A stretch of DNA of 62,205 nt, counting the filler, from Piptocephalis cylindrospora (Eukaryota), in NCBI GenBank assembly GCA_003614145.1. It is 25 parts of 25 records of this genome, joined end to end, with 100 filler letters (N's around TTAATTAATTAA, not from the genome) between each part and the next. Parts side by side here need not be neighbours in the genome. Positions count along the whole stretch, not along the records: positions 22,511 to 24,929 come from KZ988966.1; positions 25,030 to 27,447 come from KZ988967.1; positions 27,548 to 29,961 come from KZ988968.1; positions 30,062 to 32,472 come from KZ988969.1; 21 more parts are not named here. One strand, written 5' to 3'. The stretch's first letter is position 1, and each line of letters opens with the position of its first letter. The notes below the pieces were generated by a model. That model saw nothing but the letters and a program-made list of their open reading frames with translations. It was not told the origin of the DNA and made no database searches. Shown piece by piece: positions 22,576-31,882 of the stretch. Made by a program: the position numbers and the translations under genes.

Positions 22576-24558
22576 GTGCCTTCCATGGCCTTAGATCAAG
22601 CCATGGGTGTCCCCGTCTTCCCCATCCATCCTCCCTCCACGACCACATCTCCCTTCAAGGATCCCAGTCATGTGGGTGCCCCTGGCATGATGGCCGAGAC
22701 CACGTCGGCTCCCTGGATGGACCCATCCCTCCTCCTTCCCGATCCCAACATTGCTCCCACTCTCCCTGGTGGTACCATGCCCATCCTTTCCGATGCTCAT
22801 GTAGCCGCTGCCGCTGCCGCCGCCGCTGCTGCTGCTGCCTCGGCCTCAGCTGTGGCCACCACCATGGCTGCCCTTACCCCTCCCACCCTTACCTCATCCA
22901 CTCTACCCTCCTCTTCGGGTATGCCCGCTTCCACCATGGCCATGGCCATGCCCGCCCCGAATGCCATGCAGGCCCCCCCCCCTACCCATGGGTCCGTCCG
23001 GGTCGAGGATCTCTTCCCCAACCTCACCACCTTTACCGTTCATACTCCCGGGTCTCAATGGCCAAAGATGCCCGAGTCTGTGGATCCTTCCTCTTCCTCT
23101 TCTCAGGGACCCCAGATCCCCTCCTCCTCCTCCTCACCCTCCTTCCCGGAATCAGGGCCCTCCCAACCCCTACCCTCTGCCCCTCCCCTGTCTGCTTTAC
23201 TGGGTCAAAACGGTGCCTCTCCCTCTCCTTCCTCCTCTCAGCCTACTGGAAGGCCCCCCACTCGGCCTGCATATACCTTCGACCCACGGACTCGTCCGAG
23301 ATTACGGTCGGCCGATGGGCCCAGGACCATGTCCTCCCCCGTCGGCACGGTCCCGGTCCTCTCGGTGGATGCTCAGGTGGCTGATGGGTGCGAGCCCATC
23401 ACCGATCACTCCTCTGCCTCAGGAGGGATGATGGATTCCCCCACCCATCCTCATGGTACCCTAGGTGTCCCCATCATGGGTGTTACGTCTGACAGGTCTA
23501 GGAGCGTTGGGTCCTCCTCTCCCACCAGCCCCTCTTTCTCCTCTTCCTCGTTAGGAGGAAAGGTCAAGAGTGTTTTGAGACGAGTAGCCGACCGTACCTT
23601 GGACATGGCTACGGGCGGAGGCGCAAGCCAAGGGGGAGATGGATCGACAGGCCAAGTCGATCCCCGACCCCGATCCCTTTCTAACTTTTCCTTTACCAGT
23701 CGATCCAGCGCTGGGGCTGCCCCAACGGTCCCCATATCATCTACTTCCACCGCCAGTCCTACCAAGGACAAGTCCAAGACGTCTTCTCCTGGTCTCAAGG
23801 TGGGTAGGTGGCTAAGGAAGAAGGCCCAGACTCGTAAGAGGTCCAAGTCTTCTGGAGACATTCGAGTCCTTTATGATTCTACGTGCTCCGCTTCTGGCCC
23901 CGAGGGGGAGAAGGAACCTGAGGTGACTAAGGAGTCAACGGTGACCAAGGAACCCGAGGTGATCAAGGAACCCGAGGTGACTAAGGAGTCAACGGTGACC
24001 AAGGAACCCGAGGTGATCAAGGAACCCGAGGTGACTAAGGAGTCAACGGTGACCAAGGAACCCGAGGTGATCAAGGAACCCGAGGTGACTAAGGAGTCAA
24101 CGGTGACCAAGGAACCCGAGGTGATCAAGGAACCCGAGGTGACTAAGGAGTCAACGGTGACCAAGGAACCCGAGGTGATCAAGGAACCCGAGGTGACCAA
24201 AGAGCCAGAAGCGGCCGAGGAACTCGAAGTGACCGAGGAGCCAGAAGTGGCCGAGGAGCCAGAAGTGACCAAGCTTGAGACGTCAAAGGAGCAAGATATG
24301 CCCCAAGATACGGCCTTGGTCAAGGAAATGGCCAAGCTCCAATTAGATGAACCCTCCTCCTCCCCCAAAAAGGAGGTAGAGGTCAATGACAAGGACAAGG
24401 CTTTGGAAAGGCATACGATCATGGTGGGACAAATCCTAAAGCATTTGGAAAAGGCCATGTTCATCCAGAGAGAAAGGGCTACAGGCCCTTCTGGACCCTC
24501 CAAGTCGCCCATGTCCACGGCAGAAGGATCACGGAAGGATGATAGGGTGGCATGTTGA
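22576..24558 (+). CDS. Hypothetical Pro/Ser-rich disordered protein with a KEPEVT-type repeat block; probably 5'-truncated by a chimeric junction at 22565
   Basis: 660-codon open frame with no recognisable domain. 22511-22565 is an inverted copy of 24405-24459. Confidence 0.7.
   Translation: MPSMALDQAMGVPVFPIHPPSTTTSPFKDPSHVGAPGMMAETTSAPWMDPSLLLPDPNIAPTLPGGTMPILSDAHVAAAAAAAAAAAASASAVATTMAALTPPTLTSSTLPSSSGMPASTMAMAMPAPNAMQAPPPTHGSVRVEDLFPNLTTFTVHTPGSQWPKMPESVDPSSSSSQGPQIPSSSSSPSFPESGPSQPLPSAPPLSALLGQNGASPSPSSSQPTGRPPTRPAYTFDPRTRPRLRSADGPRTMSSPVGTVPVLSVDAQVADGCEPITDHSSASGGMMDSPTHPHGTLGVPIMGVTSDRSRSVGSSSPTSPSFSSSSLGGKVKSVLRRVADRTLDMATGGGASQGGDGSTGQVDPRPRSLSNFSFTSRSSAGAAPTVPISSTSTASPTKDKSKTSSPGLKVGRWLRKKAQTRKRSKSSGDIRVLYDSTCSASGPEGEKEPEVTKESTVTKEPEVIKEPEVTKESTVTKEPEVIKEPEVTKESTVTKEPEVIKEPEVTKESTVTKEPEVIKEPEVTKESTVTKEPEVIKEPEVTKEPEAAEELEVTEEPEVAEEPEVTKLETSKEQDMPQDTALVKEMAKLQLDEPSSSPKKEVEVNDKDKALERHTIMVGQILKHLEKAMFIQRERATGPSGPSKSPMSTAEGSRKDDRVAC
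23911..24270 (+). repeat. Coding minisatellite: five 54-nt units (KEPEVTKESTVTKEPEVI) plus five degenerate 18-nt units
   Basis: The unit AAGGAACCCGAGGTGACTAAGGAGTCAACGGTGACCAAGGAACCCGAGGTGATC repeats across 23911-24180. Confidence 0.96.
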
Positions 24559-25534
24559 TGAGAGTGGCCTCTTTCTCCCTCCTCTTCTCCTTCCTCTTCC
24601 CCCCATGTACATAAGGAGATGAGCCGTTCTTGCCCTTTTGTCTCTGCTGCTCAGAGGGTGTGAGGGGAAGAGGGGGGAGAAGTTAGTGGGAGGTTGGGAT
24701 TTACTGTGAGGTGTTGTGGTCGTCATTGCTAGCAGCAGTATGAGCAGACGAGTGATGATGACATGTCTCATTTTTTTTTTCCATCTTTCATTTTCTTTCA
24801 TTTAAACCCGATCATCTTGTGCCTGAATATACACATTGTGTCTACCCTTTGTTTTCCTTTCTTGGGAGGATGTCACATCAACCTACAGCGAGTGTGATCT
24901 TTAGAGGATCCAAGGAAAGGCAGGAGCGCNNNNNNNNNNNNNNNNNNNNNNNNNNNNNNNNNNNNNNNNNNNNTTAATTAATTAANNNNNNNNNNNNNNN
25001 NNNNNNNNNNNNNNNNNNNNNNNNNNNNNAAACTAGACGCATGGTCCCTACTTTTTCATTCAAATCTTTGTCTTGGGAGATGAGCAAATACTTGTTTGAT
25101 GACCTTTCTGAGTGGCATTTCATTCTTCTTCCTACATCATTCTTTCTTGGGATGAATAATTAGTTAGGCTGAGGAATCCTTTTTTTGGAACCCCCGATTT
25201 TCAATGTTGCCTTGCTTTTGAAACTAGGCTCCAGACCACTACACCAAAATCTGGTCTCTGCCTCCTCCTCCGTATGGCACATACACACACACACACACAC
25301 ACGCCCAGCCAGTTCCTCCCCATCTTTCGGAACCGCTGCTCTCCAGCCCTCACCATGTCTCTCACCCCAGGCAGATATATACACACACAATACACACACA
25401 ACACACACAAGCGCACACACAAGCACATCTATTTCGTACGTTCGTCAAGGTTGACCTCACTGTCCTTGCTTCACCTAGCTCTTTCCTCCTCCCCTCTCTC
25501 TCATATTCTTCCTCAAGCAAACGCCGTTGGGAGC

Positions 25535-27080
25535 ATGTTGCTCATTCGCCCTTTCCTAACCCGGGGTAAGTTTCCCTTGGATCCCCAGGTTCATTCCATC
25601 ACATCCCACTCATCCCCTCCTTCTCCCTCCTTGATCGGTAGCCCTCACGAAGAGGACCCTCACCCCTCTGCTCAGACACAATGTCCTCCCTGCCGCCTCG
25701 TTCGCTTCAGTGACCACCGAGGTACCCAAGACTCATGGTAATCTTAAAGATGAAGACCGTATCTTCACTAACCTCTATGGTCGTCACGACTGGAAGCTCA
25801 ATGGGGCCAAGCGTCGTGGAGACTGGCATAAGACCAAGGAAATTATCCTCAAGGGCCATGACTGGATCCTGGATGAGGTCAAAGCCTCGGGTCTCCGGGG
25901 TCGTGGTGGAGCCGGTTTTCCCTCCGGCCTCAAGTGGTCTTTTATGAACAAGCCCTTTGATGGTCGACCCCGGTACCTCGTCATCAACGCTGATGAGGGT
26001 GAGCCTGGGACGTGTAAGGATCGCGAAATTATGCGCCATGACCCCCACAAGCTCATCGAGGGGTGTCTCATTGCTGGTCGCGCTATGAATGCCAACGCCG
26101 CCTACATTTACATCCGTGGTGAGTTCTACAACGAGGCCTCCAACCTCCAGGTTGCCATCAACGAGGCCTACAAGGAAGGTCTCATTGGTCCCAATGCCTG
26201 TGGTTCCGGGTACGACTTTGACGTCTACATCCACCGAGGAGCTGGGGCTTACATTTGCGGTGAGGAAACCGCGCTTATCGAGTCTATCGAGGGTAAGCAG
26301 GGTAAGCCCCGCTTGAAGCCCCCATTCCCCGCTGATGTCGGTCTCTTTGGTTGCCCCACCACCGTGGCCAATGTCGAGACGGTGGCAGTGGCCCCAACCA
26401 TTTGCCGCCGTGGTGGAGCCTGGTTTGCCGGATTTGGTCGGCCCCGTAATGCCGGTACCAAGCTTTACTGCATCTCTGGCCACGTCAACCAGCCCTGCAC
26501 AGTCGAGGAAGAGATGAGCATCCCGTTGCGCGAGCTCATCGACCGTCACTGCGGTGGTGTCCGTGGAGGCTGGGATAACCTCCTCGGTATCATCCCCGGA
26601 GGCTCCTCTGTCCCCGTTCTTCCCAAGGAAATTTGCTCTGATGTCCTCATGGACTTTGACGCCCTCAAGGACGCCAACTCGGGCCTCGGGACCGCCGCGG
26701 TCATTGTTATGGACCGGTCCACCGACATGGTCCGGGCCATCTCCCGCCTCGCTGCTTTTTACAAGCACGAGCCGTGCGGTCAGTGTACGCCTTGTCGGGA
26801 GGGTTCCACCTGGCTTGCCCACCTCATGACCCGCTTTGAGTCGGGGAACGGACGGCCCGACGAGATTGATATGCTCTGGGAACTAAGCAAGCAGATTGAA
26901 GGTCACACCATCTGTGCCCTGGGTGATGCTGCTGCCTGGCCTGTCCAGGGCCTCATCCGGCACTTCCGTCCCGAGCTTGAGGCTAAGATGGAAGCTTACC
27001 GCCAGCAGATGCTCGAGAAGAACTTGGATGTTGGTCTCGGTGGCCAAGTCATTTCTGCCCAGCCTTCAGGCCAGATCTAA
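25535..27080 (+). CDS. NDUFV1: Complex I 51-kDa FMN subunit. Exons 25535-25565 and 25642-27080.
   Basis: Arg-rich presequence across the intron; [58 protein letters not shown] and TICALGDAA. Confidence 0.98.
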
Positions 27081-27243
27081 GACAACAAGATGACAGAATG
27101 CAATACAGTGGGAAGGGACAATGATGGAAGGGTGCAAGGAATAAAAAAAGGCTTCTTTCTTCGATGATGGCTCCTATTTTCTAACGCTGCGCTAATCATC
27201 CTTTTCCCCCTGTCCCCAAATCTTATCCACACGTAGACTTCCT

Positions 27244-27411
27244 TCACACAGGCCGTACCACGGGGACAGAGGGTCTTTGTAGCTGCTCGCCTGTGATCAC
27301 CAGCTCAATCTCCTCCTTGGTCAGGGTTTCGTACTCGACTAGAGCCATGGCCAGTCGATCTAGCTCCACGCGTTTCTCCGTCAGTTTACGAATAGCGCGT
27401 TCTTGAGCTGC
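27244..27411 (-). CDS. YME1: Last exon of an FtsH-family i-AAA protease
   Basis: After a TAG acceptor it reads AAQERAIRKLTEKRVELDRLAMALVEYETLTKEEIELVITGE, matching the peptidase M41 tail. Confidence 0.82.
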   Translation of the reverse strand, partial: AAQERAIRKLTEKRVELDRLAMALVEYETLTKEEIELVITGEQLQRPSVPVVRPV

Positions 27412-28312
27412 CTAAAGAAGAGGAGGGAAAGTGAGTAGACGGCAATTNNNNNNNNNNNNNNNNNNNNNNNNNNNNNNNNNNNNNNNNNNNNTTAATTAAT
27501 TAANNNNNNNNNNNNNNNNNNNNNNNNNNNNNNNNNNNNNNNNNNNNCAGACGCGTTTGATGAGTAGGAAGTGGTGAACTATTGGGGAAATTTAGGAGGG
27601 TGTGTCCCTCTCCTGGACAGGCCACACACCCTAGCACTACTAGTCATTTTTAGTCAAAAAAGAAAAATATATTCACACTATAATTTCACTTCTTTTACAA
27701 GATCGAATGTAGACGCACCTTGACAGAAAAACAAGTGATTCTTGGGACAGGGCCAGAGGACGGCACTTGGTGGTAAAGACGACCTTGTCCTTCCATCCCA
27801 TCCTTTTTTTTCTCCCAGCCACAACACCAGCATGTCCAAGTCGGTCAAGATGGTGGAAGAGGAAAAGCCCAAGACGGACACTGCCTCTCCTGCTGAAGAG
27901 GTCAAGATGCCTCAGGTAGGTGAAGACTTGTCTTTATCCCCCACCTCACCTTGAATCTGACATTCCACCGCGTCTCGAACTATAGAAACGATACTTTCGT
28001 CAGCGTGCCCACTCCAATATTTTTTCTGACCATGACCTGGATTAGTGAGTCTTTTGTCCTCTCATATACACGGGGATGGAGAGGATATATCTAACGAATC
28101 ATCCCTCCCCTCTAGTCCAATCCATCCCAATCTCATGGATTGGCACCAGCACTACCCGACCTTCTTTCCCTCCCCCCCTGCCAAGGAGGATACCCCATCT
28201 CTAGAGGTGCTCAACCGTCCCTTGGATCCCAGTGCTCCACGGGTCGAATGGGCGGATATTGGCTGTGGGTACGGCGGACTCCTCACGTCCCTAGCCCCCC
28301 ATTACCCAAAGA

Positions 28313-28535
28313 AAGGAGCGGTAGCAAGGATCATCCCGTGGATCGCTCCTATCCACATTGGATGGCTACGTACAGATATGGTACTGTCCTGATTCGTCTC
28401 TCTGCCCTCCCCCCTCGCATTGATCCACATGTCCCGTCACTCGAGGAGATGGACGAGGCCTCTCCCATCCTTACTCATCACACACTGACCTCCCTGCGCA
28501 GAGTGGGTGGCTCGCATGTCCTGGAACAAGGGTAG
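28313..28535 (+). CDS. Probable 3' end of an unidentified gene convergent with TRM8
   Basis: An open frame runs from the chimera junction to a TAG at 28535 (…HWMATYRYGTVLIRL…VLEQG). Confidence 0.3.
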
Positions 28536-28705
28536 ACAAAGGAGTGATGCATGCATGCTGGATCCGCGGGTCTCTTGGGAGGAAATGAGAGGAGGAGAGG
28601 CGCTTTCCTTCCAAAAAAAAACCATTTCCAATCTCATCTCCATATGATCTCATGCACGTAACGCCATGTATAACAAAATCACCCTTCCCATCCCAATACC
28701 CCTCA

Positions 28706-29677
28706 TCATGTAGGGTAGGGGATGCGACGATACACAGCAAGGAATTTCTCGCCACGATTCCTCTCAACCTTGATACCCTCCTCGGTACTGTTTCGGACAT
28801 GAGGAGTGACAGGATCGGCTTCCTCCTCGTCCCGGGGAAGACGTTGGAAGAGGGGGTGGGCATCCAGGTGCTGGACCATCCAGTCGTGAAGGTCGCGGAC
28901 ATCGGTGATGGTGTAGAGGAGGCCACCGAGGGCGAGGAAGTGCGCATACTCATCCAGACCAGTGGCGGTGATGATGCGTGCCTTGTGCTTTCGCTTCTTA
29001 AAGTGGGGGTCCGGGAAGAGGAAGAACATCTTGGTGAGTTGACCGGGGTGGAAAAAGTTGGGTAGGAACTTTTGGGCATTCATGCGCATCACGCTAACAT
29101 TCTCATATGACCCGGGTTCCCGGCGTCGCAGCGCCAGGATACGTTCCCGGACATACTCTTGCACTTTGATCCGGATTTCCATCCCCACCATCAAGGTCTT
29201 TGGGTAATGGGGGGCTAGGGACGTGAGGAGTCCGCCGTACCCACAGCCAATATCCGCCCATTCGACCCGTGGAGCACTGGGATCCAAGGGACGGTTGAGC
29301 ACCTCTAGAGATGGGGTATCCTCCTTGGCAGGGGGGGAGGGAAAGAAGGTCGGGTAGTGCTGGTGCCAATCCATGAGATTGGGATGGATTGGACTAGAGG
29401 GGAGGGATGATTCGTTAGATATATCCTCTCCATCCCCGTGTATATGAGAGGACAAAAGACTCACTAATCCAGGTCATGGTCAGAAAAAATATTGGAGTGG
29501 GCACGCTGACGAAAGTATCGTTTCTATAGTTCGAGACGCGGTGGAATGTCAGATTCAAGGTGAGGTGGGGGATAAAGACAAGTCTTCACCTACCTGAGGC
29601 ATCTTGACCTCTTCAGCAGGAGAGGCAGTGTCCGTCTTGGGCTTTTCCTCTTCCACCATCTTGACCGACTTGGACAT
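28706..29677 (-). CDS. TRM8: tRNA (guanine-N7) methyltransferase, m7G46. Exons 29677-29594, 29523-29465 and 29393-28706.
   Basis: MPQ|KRYFRQRAHSNIFSDH, ADIGCGYGGLL, GMEIR, FPDPHFKKRKHKARII, YTITDV and TEEGIKVERN. Confidence 0.96.
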
Positions 29678-30319
29678 GCTGGTGTTGTGGCTGGGAGAAA
29701 AAAAAGGATGGGATGGAAGGACAAGGTCGTCTTTACCACCAAGTGCCGTCCTCTGGCCCTGTCCCAAGAATCACTTGTTTTTCTGTCAAGGTGCGTCTAC
29801 ATTCGATCTTGTAAAAGAAGTGAAATTATAGTGTGAATATATTTTTCTTTTTTGACTAAAAATGACTAGTAGTGCTAGGGTGTGTGGCCTGTCCAGGAGA
29901 GGGACACACCCTCCTAAATTTCCCCAATAGTTCACCACTTCCTACTCATCAAACGCGTCTGNNNNNNNNNNNNNNNNNNNNNNNNNNNNNNNNNNNNNNN
30001 NNNNNTTAATTAATTAANNNNNNNNNNNNNNNNNNNNNNNNNNNNNNNNNNNNNNNNNNNNTCCTCCTCCTCCCCTCCATCCCTCCGCTCTCCTCTTGCG
30101 CCCTCCTTCCGTTCCAACCGTGTCTTGTCTTTGGCATCTCACGTTTTTCATTCACCCCGCACATCATTCATTTCTCCTAGATTGTACACTAACGCCTTTG
30201 GTCGGTAGTGTCTCCCTCATCCGCCTCATCCTTCTCCGTCTCCTCTTCTCAACACATCTCCCGCATCCCGCGTTCTCCCTCCCTTCGCTCTCTCTCTCTC
30301 TCTTTCTCTCGGCAGGCCC

Positions 30320-31882
30320 ATGTGTTCACGAACCCCTCACTGGAATGGATCTAGCCATGACTCGTCAGCCAGCCGCACACGACTTCTCAGCCTCGCATCT
30401 CATTTTCTCTTTTTCATTTCCCTCGCATTTCTTCCTTTGGTCTCTGCTACTCCTCTCTGGGACTCTCTGAAAAATCTAGGGCAGCAACCGGTGCACATCA
30501 ATACCATCCAGGTGGGCTCGTACGCTAGTGTTCAAATCACCGATCGCATCCCCTGGGATGAGGGAAAGGCCTGGAGACCTGAAGTGGCAGAGAGCTTTGT
30601 TGGAAAGGGCAGGTCCTACCGTCTTAAACATCGTATCGAGGGAAAAATCGGAACTGCCTTCTGCTCGGCCAGTCAGCTGTATCAGACCATCTCTCACTTT
30701 CGTCCCCGACGACATCAGGACCAGGCCACCTCAGCTCCTTCTCCCAACACCACGGAATCCATGCTTAAGACCTACCAAGAGGTCTATGCCAACGTCAGCA
30801 ATACTCAGGCGCCCTTGGCCATTGCAGGCAGCTCTGCGGCCCAGATGGTCCCTGGACCTCAGGGTGCTAACGCAATCCCGCAAGTTCGGCTTACGGAGAT
30901 GATTATGCGACACGTCCAGTACACAGCCCTTACATACTGCTCCCGCGAAGCAGCCGGAGGCATGTCTCAGGTGACGATCCCGGGTGTCCAGGGCGGAGGC
31001 CTCCTTCTTGGGAATTTTACCATTCTCCAATGGGTGCCGGTTAAAGATCTGTTATATTATGTGGCGGTGAACCCACAGCAAAAAGCCATTCATGTGGTCT
31101 TCCGTGGGTCGGATAACAAAGACAATTTCCGTCGGGACGCCAACGGTACGGCCATCACCCCCAGCTCCACCCTCTTCCCCGGAGCCCCGCAAGGGGCTAG
31201 GGTGCATGGGGGGATGCATGAGGCGACAAAGCTTTTGTTTGACCAGAATCTCTCCTCCCACATTGGCTTGGTTCTTGAACCGATCATCCGTCGGTACACT
31301 GGGTATGGGGTGGTCGTATCTGGACACTCTTTGGGCGGGGGGCTTGCAGCCCTTGCGGCCTTGGTTCTCACCCTTCAGCCACCCAAGGGCATGCAACTTT
31401 CCGCCCTTTACACATATGGCCAGCCCATCCTCGGAAATGCCATCTTCACTGACTGGCTAGGGAAGGAAATGAGGAATGATCGGTACGCCCGTGTGGTCTC
31501 CTCCAATGACATTGCCCCGTACTTTACCTACTCTGGCTGGCGCACCGACCTGGATCCGGACCGGATGAAGCGACACTCCAAGAACATAGACGAGGTGTAC
31601 ATGCCCCGATGGACCCAACCGGTGGTCCAGCTCTGCCAAGGGGATGCCGATCCATTGTGTAGTGAGAATATGCGCTGCACTGTCCGTGATTGGGATCACC
31701 ACTCCTGGTATGGCGGTCAATGGGCTGGAGAAAACTTTTGTCTCTTGGGTCACACGCCCGATCGTGCGCTCACAGACCAGAGGCAGAAGCAGAAGGACAG
31801 TGGCCCAATGGTCCTGCCTTACAACCCTGTCGGTAATCATATCGCCCAGAACATTCCCATGGCACCTGGACTGGGAATGTGA
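30320..31882 (+). CDS. Secreted class-3 lipase (alpha/beta hydrolase), intronless
   Basis: Hydrophobic leader FLFFISLAFLPLVSA; IHVVFRGS, VHGG, the GHSLGGG nucleophile, YTYGQP, RVVSSNDIAP and C-terminal DHHSWY. Confidence 0.9.
   Translation: MCSRTPHWNGSSHDSSASRTRLLSLASHFLFFISLAFLPLVSATPLWDSLKNLGQQPVHINTIQVGSYASVQITDRIPWDEGKAWRPEVAESFVGKGRSYRLKHRIEGKIGTAFCSASQLYQTISHFRPRRHQDQATSAPSPNTTESMLKTYQEVYANVSNTQAPLAIAGSSAAQMVPGPQGANAIPQVRLTEMIMRHVQYTALTYCSREAAGGMSQVTIPGVQGGGLLLGNFTILQWVPVKDLLYYVAVNPQQKAIHVVFRGSDNKDNFRRDANGTAITPSSTLFPGAPQGARVHGGMHEATKLLFDQNLSSHIGLVLEPIIRRYTGYGVVVSGHSLGGGLAALAALVLTLQPPKGMQLSALYTYGQPILGNAIFTDWLGKEMRNDRYARVVSSNDIAPYFTYSGWRTDLDPDRMKRHSKNIDEVYMPRWTQPVVQLCQGDADPLCSENMRCTVRDWDHHSWYGGQWAGENFCLLGHTPDRALTDQRQKQKDSGPMVLPYNPVGNHIAQNIPMAPGLGM

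Larger units (their letters stand above)
27548..29961. repeat. 765-bp inverted duplication (27548-28312 vs 29197-29961) that creates a truncated second TRM8 copy; probable chimera
   Basis: The arms are reverse complements, and the + copy breaks mid-exon after LAPHYPK. Confidence 0.93.

Noticed and set aside
25707..26822. Long antisense ORFs (also 15180-15884, 58165-58680, 23871-24518)
   Set aside because: They are shadows of codon-biased or repetitive sense genes and carry no protein motifs.
27832..28392. Second TRM8 paralogue
   Set aside because: It is identical to the real gene including introns and is truncated at an inversion junction.
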